Of a stretch of 64,000 nt of DNA, positions 10,337-20,003 are shown piece by piece (position 1 is the first letter of the stretch; each line of letters opens with the position of its first letter). The translations under genes and the position numbers were made by a program. The notes beneath the pieces are model-generated. The model was not told where the DNA came from, did no database searches, and saw nothing but the letters and a program-made list of their open reading frames with translations. Location of the stretch: the NCBI GenBank assembly GCA_964291315.2, contig OZ219753.1, forward strand, positions 640,001-704,000, written 5' to 3'. The DNA is from Candidatus Poribacteria bacterium (GTDB lineage: Bacteria; Poribacteria; WGA-4E; WGA-3G).

Positions 10337-11656
10337 TTATTGGTCGTAGTAACCAGCCTCCTCAAAGATATATTCATGCTTTCTTGCGATAGCGTTGAGG
10401 GCCTCCTTTGCAGATTTGATTTTGGAGATGGCTTCACTCCAATTCGTCTGGCAGACCTCAAGGAGTTCCGCGTATTCCGGGACCGCCCAAAAATCGCGAA
10501 GGTACGGGAAACTCGCAGCGAAGGCTCCGTTAAATGGGGTTGCTGTCGTAAAGACCGCGGACTGCAAAACCTCTTTGTGTGGTGTGAACCCCCCGAGTGC
10601 AGCCCATTTCTCTTGGACAGGTTTCTGCATAAACCATTTCATATACTGCTTGGCAATATCCTTATTTTTAGAATAGGAAGAAACGGACATCCCTTGTCCA
10701 CCAATACTGACATAGTGCCCCTTCGGGCCAGCAGGGGCGACAAAGAAACCACTCTTGTCGTGCGAAATAGGATTTGTTTCAGCATTCACGACCCCCGGGA
10801 AAAAGGCGAAATAATTCATTGCCATAGCAACTTTGCCTGCAGTGTAAGCGTTCAAGGTCTCCGCCCAATAGTAATTCGGGGCATCAGGCGGGGCGAATTG
10901 GAGCAGGTCGGTGTAGAATTCAAGGGCTTTGACGACATCTTCTGTGTTGATATATCCCTCGACTTCGTAGGTATCTACGTTCCCATATGCACCCCCAAAA
11001 CTCCACATTACTTGTTGGAAACCCATGGTGATACCGTCGTATTCCTTGCTATACCATGTTGCGATGCCGTAGAGGTCTTGGGCTGGGCGCGTAAAGAATT
11101 CCGCAATATCACGGAGTTGGTCATAAGTTTTTGGGGGGGCGAGCGCGTAGCCATATCTTTCTTCGAACGCCCCCATCTCTTTTGGATCCTCAAACAGGTC
11201 TTTCCGGTAGACATACCCGGCAGCATCAACTTGCGCGGGCAGCGCCCAATATGTGCTGCTACCTTTTGGATATTCTGCAAATGCTGTCATCGCGGGTCCG
11301 TAGATAGAACTCACATCAATATTCTCATTAATCCAATTGGTTAGATCGATGTAATTGCCGCCTTGGGAGTTCCTACCAAGCCATTGGCTATCGCCGATGA
11401 CAATGTCGTAAAGGTCGCTTTTCCCAACAAAAGCTGTGAATACCTTATCTTGGAAATTGGGCCACGGGATTTGAATGACATCGACAGCGATCCCTGTTTC
11501 ATCTGTGAAGTCTTTTGAAAGCTCCTGCAAAAAGTTAGCAGGATCCCATTCTGCCCAGACGATGGTTAGGGAGCGGTGGTTATCCGCTCTCGGAGCACTA
11601 ACAAATGCAAGTGCAAATATTAGCGCTAACATAAGACTGATACGAACGCTTTTCAT
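10337..11656 (-). CDS. Carbohydrate ABC transporter substrate-binding protein
   Basis: Signal peptide MKSVRISL..; YRKDLF, PPKTYDQL; upstream of two permeases; GGAGGAG site. Confidence 0.9.
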   Translation of the reverse strand: MKSVRISLMLALIFALAFVSAPRADNHRSLTIVWAEWDPANFLQELSKDFTDETGIAVDVIQIPWPNFQDKVFTAFVGKSDLYDIVIGDSQWLGRNSQGGNYIDLTNWINENIDVSSIYGPAMTAFAEYPKGSSTYWALPAQVDAAGYVYRKDLFEDPKEMGAFEERYGYALAPPKTYDQLRDIAEFFTRPAQDLYGIATWYSKEYDGITMGFQQVMWSFGGAYGNVDTYEVEGYINTEDVVKALEFYTDLLQFAPPDAPNYYWAETLNAYTAGKVAMAMNYFAFFPGVVNAETNPISHDKSGFFVAPAGPKGHYVSIGGQGMSVSSYSKNKDIAKQYMKWFMQKPVQEKWAALGGFTPHKEVLQSAVFTTATPFNGAFAASFPYLRDFWAVPEYAELLEVCQTNWSEAISKIKSAKEALNAIARKHEYIFEEAGYYDQ

Positions 11657-11723
11657 GTTTCTTCTCCTCCGTATAGAAATCATGGAAGTTGTTATAGGCA
11701 TCGAATTAATACCTGATATGCGA

Positions 11724-11765
11724 TTCGGTATTTCATCGCAATATTTCGGTATTTCATCGCAATAT
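11724..11765. repeat. Perfect 21-bp tandem duplication in the sugar ABC promoter region
   Basis: TTCGGTATTTCATCGCAATAT at 11724-11744 and 11745-11765. Confidence 0.95.
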
Positions 11766-11975
11766 TATAAATGGATCCTATAATTTTTGCAAGAAAAATT
11801 ATACTTGTGTTTGTCAACAGTAGCACTCGCCCCTATAAGAAAAACAAAACGGAATGGATGTCCCGTAAAGTTAAATATATAGGATAAAGCGGGAACTTGC
11901 ACAACCTAATAGGTTAGGCTACAACAGCGTTGCACAGACTGACAGTTTATACTACAACGACGGTTATTTCGGAGG

Positions 11976-14900
11976 TTACGTGTGAGGTCCGGGTATCCGC
12001 GAGTCTAAAGACAATTGCGGCAACCTCTTAACAATCTCCACCGTTTTTAGAGTGACACTGATAACGCGCGCCACCAAATCCACAATATACCGCGGTGCCT
12101 CTGAACTATTCGGATCGTTGACCAGTCCGCTCCGATTGTGTGTCTTCACACAATACTGATCTATCACCCACTCCAACGCTGAACGAGTGCCTAACCGATA
12201 TTCAAACGCCTCGGCAGGAATGCCTTCCAACGTCAAGAAGTCGTTATATTTCAACTGTGTTTTGTCTTTGGACAGCTTCATCTTCTCCACGCACCAGTTG
12301 AGCGGCGTGTCGGGCGTTTCTCTGTATTTCAGCTCGAACTTCCGTGCGGCTTCGTAGTTGATGTGAAGGTCTGCGAGTTGTGCGCCTGCGGTAGCGAATG
12401 CCCAGAAGTCTGTCGCGAACGGGATATGTGGCAGATCGCGCTTCAGGTTTGCCTCGTATCTCTCTCGATAGTCCGGATGATGTAGGAGAGCATAGGTGTA
12501 GTGGAAGACATCCCACTTGCCAATGGTGTTGTCTGCATAGCGGGTTCGGAATTCTGCCAATGCCCAGTCGGTGATATTTTCGCGGCGGTTTGTGCCGTCT
12601 TCGTCATAGGTGTAGAAGGGTAAGCATTGGGTTGGTGATCCAAACCCGCCTGTTACTACAAGGTCAGGAATACAAGCAGTCATCAAACAAGTAAAGGGTT
12701 TTTCTAGCGTCACGTTGACACAGATCACCCGATTTTCTGCCTCTGTCTCTAGTGTCGGGAAAATAGATGGAAATAGGGATACCCTATCGCTCATAGTTCG
12801 GTCGAAGTAAAGATGTGATTTTGTAAAGGGGCGATAAAGAGAGGTCCTCAGCTTGTGATCCTCATATTTGGCAACTGTTCCTCGTTTCAATTTCGCTTTT
12901 AAATCCCGACTCCACTTGATTTTTGTATCATCATAGACCACAAAATTATCAACGGTCGCCTCTCTATTTGTTCGTTGTGTCCAACGCGCCACCTCTGCGT
13001 TGTAATTTTCTATCATCCGACTTATATTTTCAGTGAGCGCGTCTCGGTTGAAATTGTAGACCCACGCATCACGATTGGTCTTCGCACCGTTACTATAGGT
13101 TTTAAAAATCGTGGCCAATCCCGTTCCTCGTGCCGCCTTCGCTGCCTTAGTTCCCATCGGAATAAAGGTCTCAAACTCAGGTGCCAGCCCTTCGGTGAGC
13201 CACGCATGCCGCGCATCGGGTTCAATGGGCTGCCACGCAACACCGCCCACATGCTGACATTTATTTAGAAACTCAAACTTCTGATCTCTATTCCACAACT
13301 CATCCGTGCGATAGTAAAATATCCGCGGCTGCTCTGATGACCTGTCTCTGTTTTTCACGAGCAGATTGATACTCACCCCTATCCGAATGTTGAATACATT
13401 CGCATGAGAGACCTTTAATCCGCGCTGCACATTTCCGCCTAAGTCGAGAACGTAGATTGCATCGAAGTCTGTCGCAAGGTGTTTTCGCACCCCATCAAAC
13501 GCGATGCCGTCCAGAAAACTATTGTTCGTCACAAGTGCCACGATGCCCTCTGCTCCAATCCTATCAGATGCCCAGCGGATCGCTTTCACATACGGATCCG
13601 AGAGAGCGTTTTTGTTCGAGGCTTCTGAATCTTGTGAATAGGTGTCCCGAACTCGTGCGTCCATGAGCGGATACTTCCGGTTCTTGTTATTGTCGTTCTC
13701 GTCGTCCTGCCCGGCATTGTAGGGGGGATTGCCGATCACTACGAACATATCCGCAGTCTTCTGCTCCTGCACCCGCTCCGTGTTCTCACGCGTGAAGAGC
13801 TGTCCCTGCTCCTGCTCAAGCAGCTCGAACGTATCCGCCAGCACGATCCCCTCAAACGGCAGATACGTACCCGTCCGACGGAAATACTCCTGCTCAATGT
13901 TCAGGCTTGCAATGTAATACGGCAAAAGCATCACCTCGTTGCAGTGCAGCTCCTTCCGGTATTTCGCCTCTAACGCTGTTCCTTGAATATCGCGCATCAA
14001 CCGCACGATAAAGTTGCCCGTGCCGACAAACGGGTCTATGATATGCACACCGCTATCCGACAGCGAACGATCAAACTCTGTCTCTAATAGATGTTGCACA
14101 CTATTGACCATGAAATCCACGATCGGCTGCGGCGTATAGACGATGCCGTGTGTATCGGCTGTATCTTCGGAAAACCCTTGAAAGAACTTCTCATAGAACG
14201 TATTGAGAAAACTCTGCTTCTGTGAGAAATCTTTGCAGAGCAGTGCCGCCTGCTCAATGGCGGTGTAGAAACGATCTAGGGGTGCAAGAAAATCTTCCCT
14301 GCTGAAGGCTTGCCGGATCAGTTTATCCACCACGTTTTCAATCTCGCGGGCGATGATGTTCCGACGAGTGAAGGCGGAGTTATTAAACACCGTGCGGAAG
14401 ATCCGTTCGGTGAGGAGATGTTGGATCAGCATCTCCTCCACGGCATCTTGTGAGAGTTCGGGGTTAATCGTCGCGCGGCAGGTCTCATAGAAGTTGGCGA
14501 ATGCTGCTTGGAATGCCGTATCCACCGCGTGTCGCTGGTTAATGAGCTCTTTCAACTTGCCTGCGAGAGCCGGCACATGTTCTTTGAAGTCGTTGACAGC
14601 CGATTGCCAATTTTCCAATGCCGGCGGCAGATAAGCGAACAGACCTTCAAGAGCAGCGATCAGAGAGACCGGCGCAGTAATGTCTACATCGAGCACCTCT
14701 GCTCCGTTCTGATACAAAATCGCGCGCTGTGGGTTCTGGAACAGGATGTTGTCGAGCGGATACCCCGCCGCGCGTTTCTCCTCAACGGCCTTAGGGAGAT
14801 CGTCATCAATATCTTTTGCCTCCCAATAGGCGAGTGGCAGGCTGTATTCGTCCAAGATTGCGCCGTCAATCACGATGCGGTTTCCGTTGGGTGTGTGCAT

Positions 14901-15080
14901 CTGATATTGCGGGATGAGCGTCGCTTCCACCTGCTTCGCGCAGGTGTGCAGGAGTGTCTCGAATGGAGAACTCACCGCGCCTTCATGTCTGATGTCGTGC
15001 TGGTTGTATGCCTGCAGCGTGGCATAATAGTCGCGGATCGGTTTGTGGGTGGGTTTGAGTTTGAGTTGTGACATACGCAT
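11976..15080 (-). CDS. Single-chain restriction-modification enzyme, Type ISP-like without helicase (nuclease + N6-adenine methyltransferase + target recognition domain)
   Basis: N-terminal IDG...WEAKD (PD-(D/E)xK-like); GIVYTP, DPFVGTGNF motif I, GNPPY motif IV; ISP-type C-terminus YRPF, YRLGTRSALEWVIDQY; no helicase motifs seen. Confidence 0.85.
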   Translation of the reverse strand: MRMSQLKLKPTHKPIRDYYATLQAYNQHDIRHEGAVSSPFETLLHTCAKQVEATLIPQYQMHTPNGNRIVIDGAILDEYSLPLAYWEAKDIDDDLPKAVEEKRAAGYPLDNILFQNPQRAILYQNGAEVLDVDITAPVSLIAALEGLFAYLPPALENWQSAVNDFKEHVPALAGKLKELINQRHAVDTAFQAAFANFYETCRATINPELSQDAVEEMLIQHLLTERIFRTVFNNSAFTRRNIIAREIENVVDKLIRQAFSREDFLAPLDRFYTAIEQAALLCKDFSQKQSFLNTFYEKFFQGFSEDTADTHGIVYTPQPIVDFMVNSVQHLLETEFDRSLSDSGVHIIDPFVGTGNFIVRLMRDIQGTALEAKYRKELHCNEVMLLPYYIASLNIEQEYFRRTGTYLPFEGIVLADTFELLEQEQGQLFTRENTERVQEQKTADMFVVIGNPPYNAGQDDENDNNKNRKYPLMDARVRDTYSQDSEASNKNALSDPYVKAIRWASDRIGAEGIVALVTNNSFLDGIAFDGVRKHLATDFDAIYVLDLGGNVQRGLKVSHANVFNIRIGVSINLLVKNRDRSSEQPRIFYYRTDELWNRDQKFEFLNKCQHVGGVAWQPIEPDARHAWLTEGLAPEFETFIPMGTKAAKAARGTGLATIFKTYSNGAKTNRDAWVYNFNRDALTENISRMIENYNAEVARWTQRTNREATVDNFVVYDDTKIKWSRDLKAKLKRGTVAKYEDHKLRTSLYRPFTKSHLYFDRTMSDRVSLFPSIFPTLETEAENRVICVNVTLEKPFTCLMTACIPDLVVTGGFGSPTQCLPFYTYDEDGTNRRENITDWALAEFRTRYADNTIGKWDVFHYTYALLHHPDYRERYEANLKRDLPHIPFATDFWAFATAGAQLADLHINYEAARKFELKYRETPDTPLNWCVEKMKLSKDKTQLKYNDFLTLEGIPAEAFEYRLGTRSALEWVIDQYCVKTHNRSGLVNDPNSSEAPRYIVDLVARVISVTLKTVEIVKRLPQLSLDSRIPGPHT

Positions 15081-15138
15081 ATAATAGCAGAACTCCGAAT
15101 AGAAGACAAGAGAAAAATCTCTGCTGTTAGGATCATTT

Positions 15139-15225
15139 TAGATCTGATAGGCATTTTTTTTCAACTCAGCTCTCCGTTCTCATAATACTTCATCCGCAAT
15201 GTCAGGCGCGCCCTTTATCAATTTT
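15139..15225 (-). pseudogene. Short remnant of a Uma2 family endonuclease gene
   Basis: LIKGAPDIADEVL*ERRAELKKNAY resembles the Uma2 GAPDxxVEVLS...KxxxY motif; internal stop, no start. Confidence 0.45.
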
Positions 15226-15550
15226 GATTATTCCCACCATGCCCGGTGAACAGATGTCTTTTTTAAGTTGACAAATTGATCTTTTTATTTACAATTAACT
15301 ATAGTTAACGCGAGTTTGATAAATATATGGTGGTTCATTTTTGAATAAAGAGAGACCTGTTGGGATAAGGAATCTCAACCTTTTCATTTCTTTCACCTAA
15401 CGGAGTTACCGATGCTTTTTGGAACCCTTAAATCTTTTTCAAACTCACGTTATAGTATAGTTAGAGTATTTGCTCTATCTATTTGATTTTAATAGTAGCT
15501 AGCGAATGATTTGTTGGCTTTCGCGGAGATAATGAAGGAGACAATAAAAG

Positions 15551-16348
15551 ATGAAAACAACGGTAATTTCAAGGTTAAAACGAGTATGTGTCAGTTCAAT
15601 AGTTATGAGTCTCATACTGGGAGGTATCAGCTCTGCTGAAATTGACTTTGGGAATTGTGTCGCGATGTGGCTCTTCGACGAAGGGCGCGGTGACACCGCA
15701 GAGGATTCCTCCGGGATGGGCAATAACGCTACAATTGAGGGGGGAGCAAATTGGGTTGATGGTAAATTTGGTAAGGCAGTGAGTCTTGATGGTTCGGATG
15801 ATTATGTGGAAGTTGCTCACGATGATTCTTTAAACGTTGGTGCTGAACACACCATTGCCCTTTGGTTTAAATTAGATGCCCCGCCCGCGGAGGGCATGGC
15901 AGTTGTAGCTAAGGACGACTGGGCTCCTGGATTCTGGTGGGATAGTGGAAATATCCGACACCACACCCACGATCCAGCCGGAACGCTTCACTTTATAGAT
16001 GCCCCGTGGGACCCTGATACCGATTGGCATCATATCGCCGTTACTTGGGATGGGGAAGAGTTTGGCGTATATCTAGACGCTGACGAACTCGCTTCTGGGG
16101 TAACCACACCTAACTTAGGAAGAAATCCGTTAAGCGACAAGCCGCTGGTAATCGGAATTTATTTACCCACCGGACAGCATGGGCAATGGGGCCAGTTTTT
16201 CTCCGGAATAATTGACGATTTCGTCATTTTCAGCGAGGCCTTGGACGAGGCTGATATCAACACCCTTATGACCCAAGGATTAAAAGGAGCAGCTGACATT
16301 GAACCTTTGAATAAGCTCGCAACGACTTGGGCTTCTATTAAAGGTTGA
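15551..16348 (+). CDS. Secreted LamG domain protein with C-terminal KLATTWASIK motif
   Basis: Signal peptide; WLFDEGRG, WVDGKFGKAVSLDG, WHHIAVTWDG, FSGIIDD. Confidence 0.9.
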   Translation: MKTTVISRLKRVCVSSIVMSLILGGISSAEIDFGNCVAMWLFDEGRGDTAEDSSGMGNNATIEGGANWVDGKFGKAVSLDGSDDYVEVAHDDSLNVGAEHTIALWFKLDAPPAEGMAVVAKDDWAPGFWWDSGNIRHHTHDPAGTLHFIDAPWDPDTDWHHIAVTWDGEEFGVYLDADELASGVTTPNLGRNPLSDKPLVIGIYLPTGQHGQWGQFFSGIIDDFVIFSEALDEADINTLMTQGLKGAADIEPLNKLATTWASIKG

Positions 16349-16561
16349 TTAACCTACTCCGTAACCCGCGAATTAAGTTGATCAATGATTTTCCGATGTT
16401 TGCGGGCGAGATTGTGTCTTGCCTGCACTCGGATAAGCACCCCGGCACAACCGAGTCAAGGTCGGTTTTGCATCGAAGGTTGAACCTAGATTGAAAACAT
16501 AAGCACTGATAAGCGATCACCTCCTGCAAAAAATATATCACCGAAAAATAGGGGGCCAACC

Positions 16562-17704
16562 ATAGCTAGAAAGCCTTTTATACCGTTTAGTCGTCCTTGG
16601 ATTGACGACACCGAAATCGAAGCTGTTAGCCAAGTGCTCACCTCCAAATGGATTAGCATGGGTACTAGAGTGCGTGAGTTTGAACGTGCTTTCGCGGGAT
16701 ACCTCGGGGTGAAGCATGCGATTGCTGTGAGTTCCTGTACAGCGGCACTACATCTGAGTCTGGTTGTAGCCGGTGTCAGTAGTGGCGACGAGGTCATCAC
16801 AACACCTTACACCTTCACTGCGACAGCTGAAGCAATTGGATATGTCGGGGCGAAGCCTGTTTTTGTTGACATCCGGCCCGATACATTAAATATTGATGTG
16901 ACCCAGATTGAAGAGGCGATAACTCCGCGCACGAAGGCGATACTACCCGTACATTTTGCTGGTTTTTCTTGCGATATGGAGACCTTACAGAACATCTGTC
17001 AAGCTCATGACCTCACGCTCATCGACGACGCAGCTCACGCCATTCCGGCCGAATATAAAGGTCAATACATTGGTAGTATCGGTGATTTATCCGCTTTTAG
17101 TTTCTACGCCAATAAAAATCTCACGACAGGAGAAGGAGGTATGATTACGACTCACAATGACGTATTCGCTAAACGTCTCCGAACGATGCGGCTTCACGGC
17201 ATCGACAAAGATGCGTGGGTGCGCCAATCACAGCGGAGCATTTGGCGGTACGACATCGCGACTGAAGGGTATAAGTACAACATGACAGATATTCAAGCGG
17301 CGATGGGATTGTGCCAACTCAGGAAACTCAACAAACAGCATAAACGCCGCCGAGATTTTGCCCATATCTATCAAAAGGAACTATCGAATTTCCCACAAAT
17401 CAGTACTCCTGCGATACCTAATAATCCGAACACACATTCTTGGCACCTCTACATTATCCAACTCCACACTGGTAACAGGGATGCCTTTGTCGAAGCCCTA
17501 CACGCCGCAAACATTGAATGCAGTGTCCACTATATCCCTTTACACCTCTTCGAGTTTTATCAGAAAAAATACGGGTATCGTACAGGCGACTTTCCGTGTG
17601 CCGAGGCGGCGTTTGAACGCGTTGTCAGTCTTCCGCTTCACCCCGGGTTAACCGAGGCGGAGATTTATATCGTAATTGATGAGATAAGGAAAATTGTTGC
17701 TTAA
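16562..17704 (+). CDS. DegT/DnrJ/EryC1/StrS PLP-dependent aminotransferase, probable ATA start
   Basis: SSCTAALH, DAAHA, SFYANKNLTTGEGG; the conserved IPFSRPWIDDTEIEAV N-terminus lies upstream of the track start at 16634. Confidence 0.92.
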   Translation: MARKPFIPFSRPWIDDTEIEAVSQVLTSKWISMGTRVREFERAFAGYLGVKHAIAVSSCTAALHLSLVVAGVSSGDEVITTPYTFTATAEAIGYVGAKPVFVDIRPDTLNIDVTQIEEAITPRTKAILPVHFAGFSCDMETLQNICQAHDLTLIDDAAHAIPAEYKGQYIGSIGDLSAFSFYANKNLTTGEGGMITTHNDVFAKRLRTMRLHGIDKDAWVRQSQRSIWRYDIATEGYKYNMTDIQAAMGLCQLRKLNKQHKRRRDFAHIYQKELSNFPQISTPAIPNNPNTHSWHLYIIQLHTGNRDAFVEALHAANIECSVHYIPLHLFEFYQKKYGYRTGDFPCAEAAFERVVSLPLHPGLTEAEIYIVIDEIRKIVA

Positions 17705-17772
17705 TGCGCTAATAGTAAATATTTTTGCTTGTATCCTTATAAAATAGCTCCGCAAATTTGCCACAACAAAAA

Positions 17773-18348
17773 ATGAAGATGCAAACACTTAACTCGCCAA
17801 AAGCTGCGTTCTATCAAATCATCCCCACCGAGGTCTGCTTTTCGTGTGATGTATGCTGTCGATTTTTAGAGGCAGACAGTCCGCTTGCTCCTATCTTCAC
17901 GGAAGTAGAAAGAGAGAAGGTAGTAACACACGGGGCGGATCCCTCCGTGTTCCGTTCACAAACCGACGGAAAGAGCGCGCAGATTCAACTAAAACCGCAC
18001 GAGAATTTCTACATCTGCCCCTTTTTCGACTCAGAAACCGGATGCTGTACCATCTATCCGATGCGCCCGCTTGATTGTCAACTTTATCCGTTTGCCTTGA
18101 TGTTCAGTGAAGACGGAAGCGAAGTTGTGCTCGGTGTAGACACCCTCTGCCCATTCGCAGAGGAACGCTTCGAGACAGAAATTTTTCAGCGGCACATCCG
18201 CGATGTCGTCAATTATGTTGAATCCGAAGAGATTAACGAGCAGATCATCTCGAACTGGAGTCTCATCGGCGAATACCAAGATGCTGTGAGGATTGTCCAC
18301 ACGCTTAGACGTAGTGATCTTCTGATTGCTATGCTTCGGACGAGTTGA
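17773..18348 (+). CDS. YkgJ family cysteine-cluster (CxxCxxCC) protein
   Basis: CFSCDVCC, CPFF, CTIYPMRPLDCQLYPF. Confidence 0.85.
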   Translation: MKMQTLNSPKAAFYQIIPTEVCFSCDVCCRFLEADSPLAPIFTEVEREKVVTHGADPSVFRSQTDGKSAQIQLKPHENFYICPFFDSETGCCTIYPMRPLDCQLYPFALMFSEDGSEVVLGVDTLCPFAEERFETEIFQRHIRDVVNYVESEEINEQIISNWSLIGEYQDAVRIVHTLRRSDLLIAMLRTS

Positions 18349-18351
18349 ACG

Positions 18352-19272
18352 ATGAGACTGCAACCGTTAACACGCAATGACAAACCAATTTTTGATGGAT
18401 ACATGTGTCAAGCGTCCCCGTGTTTGTCAAGTTATGCGTTCGCTCCGATCTATATATGGCGAGATCATTTCATGTTTTATTGGGGAGAGATAGCAAAATA
18501 TCTGTGTGTTTACGCAAAACAGGGCGAGGACTATTTCATGCCAATTTTGCCTATTCCCTATGAGCTCGGCAGCTGTAATTATCTGAATGCGGTGTGTGAG
18601 GCGTATCGGTTTATGTTGAAATCCAGTCGAAATCTGCACATTGCACGCATCGAAAATGTGCCACAGGAAATGTTCTGTCTCTTTGAGAAAAACGGGTTTT
18701 GTGGTACTCTGAAGGAGCCGGAATATCTTTATGAAACGGAGGCCCTTAGCAGTTTAAGGGGCAATCGCTACAAGAGTAAGCGGAGCTCGTATAACGCTTT
18801 TGTCAGACGTTACCCGTCGTTAAAGCTCATCCGGTATTATCCGACTGACCGCGAGGCATGTTTCGCGCTTTATGAGGCATGGTACACTGAACGTGCTTCA
18901 CAAATCAACAGTGAAGTCTATCGCGCGATGCTTGACGATTCTCGGGCCGCGCACCGAACCGCTATTACACATGCAGATGTACTTGGATTGGTCGGTAGGG
19001 TCGTCCGTATTAACGGTGAGATCAGAGGTTATACTTTCGGCTATCCGCTAAACGCTGATACATTCTGTGTATTGCTTGAAGTCACGGACCTTGATATAAG
19101 GGGGCTGGCACAATTTATTTTTCGGGAATTCTGTCGTGAGTTCGTGGGGACTTACAAATGGATTAATGCTATGGACGATTCAGGATTAGAGAACCTAAGG
19201 CGTGTCAAACTTTCCTATTACCCGACTCACCTGATTCCCTCTTATAATGTGATGATTCGGCAAGCCTTATAG
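18352..19272 (+). CDS. DUF2156 / phosphatidylglycerol lysyltransferase-like domain protein
   Basis: EYLY....L..L.GNRYKSKR...N.F, GLAQFI, WINAMDDSGLENLRRVKLSYYP. Confidence 0.85.
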   Translation: MRLQPLTRNDKPIFDGYMCQASPCLSSYAFAPIYIWRDHFMFYWGEIAKYLCVYAKQGEDYFMPILPIPYELGSCNYLNAVCEAYRFMLKSSRNLHIARIENVPQEMFCLFEKNGFCGTLKEPEYLYETEALSSLRGNRYKSKRSSYNAFVRRYPSLKLIRYYPTDREACFALYEAWYTERASQINSEVYRAMLDDSRAAHRTAITHADVLGLVGRVVRINGEIRGYTFGYPLNADTFCVLLEVTDLDIRGLAQFIFREFCREFVGTYKWINAMDDSGLENLRRVKLSYYPTHLIPSYNVMIRQAL

Positions 19273-19289
19273 GGCAGAGAGCTAGGAAC

Positions 19290-20003
19290 ATGAGAGCAGC
19301 ACTGATTTTTCTCAACGGTTATTACGACCTACGCTATTGTGCCTTCTATTTTCACGAGATTAAAAACGCAGTAGAAAATCGGTTTCCGCTTATCTGTGCG
19401 GATGGTGGTATTCGTATCTTTGATGAGTTAAACCGGCGCGCAGCACTACCCATTGTTCCTGACGTACACATTGGGGATATGGACTCGGTTTCGGGCAACG
19501 CCACAAAAGCGAAACAGACGGTTCAGGAGTGGATTGGGCAGACGGACAAAGATTGGACAGATGGGCAGCTCGCTGTGGATTATGCCTTAGAGCAGTACGG
19601 GTGCCGACAGATCATCATTTACGGAGGTTTGCCGCGCCCAAACAGATATGAGACGGATCAATTTCTTGGGAATTTAAAACTGATGTGTTTTGGACGTTAC
19701 CGGCTTTCTACAAGTGAAAACTACAGAGCCGAGATGCGGGATCCGAGACAAACCATCCACTATGTTTTATCGACAATCCGACTGTTCCGAAAAAGCAGTG
19801 GGTTGCAACGCGTTTCACTGATTGCCGATGTTCCAAACGCGGTCGTCGAAAAGAGCGAAAATTTGCGTTGGGAGTTAGCATCGTTTCACATTCATCCAGA
19901 TTTAACAAATGCCCTTCGCAACGAATTTAGAGAAGGTGCGGACTCGGTGAGCCTTCGGTTGATTGAAACGTCCGCCCCTGTTTACGTAATTCACAATTGG
20001 TAG
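19290..20003 (+). CDS. Thiamine pyrophosphokinase-like protein
   Basis: ICADGG, PD..IGDMDS, DKDWTD..LA, D..LGNL motifs. Confidence 0.75.
   Translation: MRAALIFLNGYYDLRYCAFYFHEIKNAVENRFPLICADGGIRIFDELNRRAALPIVPDVHIGDMDSVSGNATKAKQTVQEWIGQTDKDWTDGQLAVDYALEQYGCRQIIIYGGLPRPNRYETDQFLGNLKLMCFGRYRLSTSENYRAEMRDPRQTIHYVLSTIRLFRKSSGLQRVSLIADVPNAVVEKSENLRWELASFHIHPDLTNALRNEFREGADSVSLRLIETSAPVYVIHNW

Noticed and set aside
10340-11344. 334-aa plus-strand ORF
   Set aside because: Antisense shadow of the sugar-binding protein gene.
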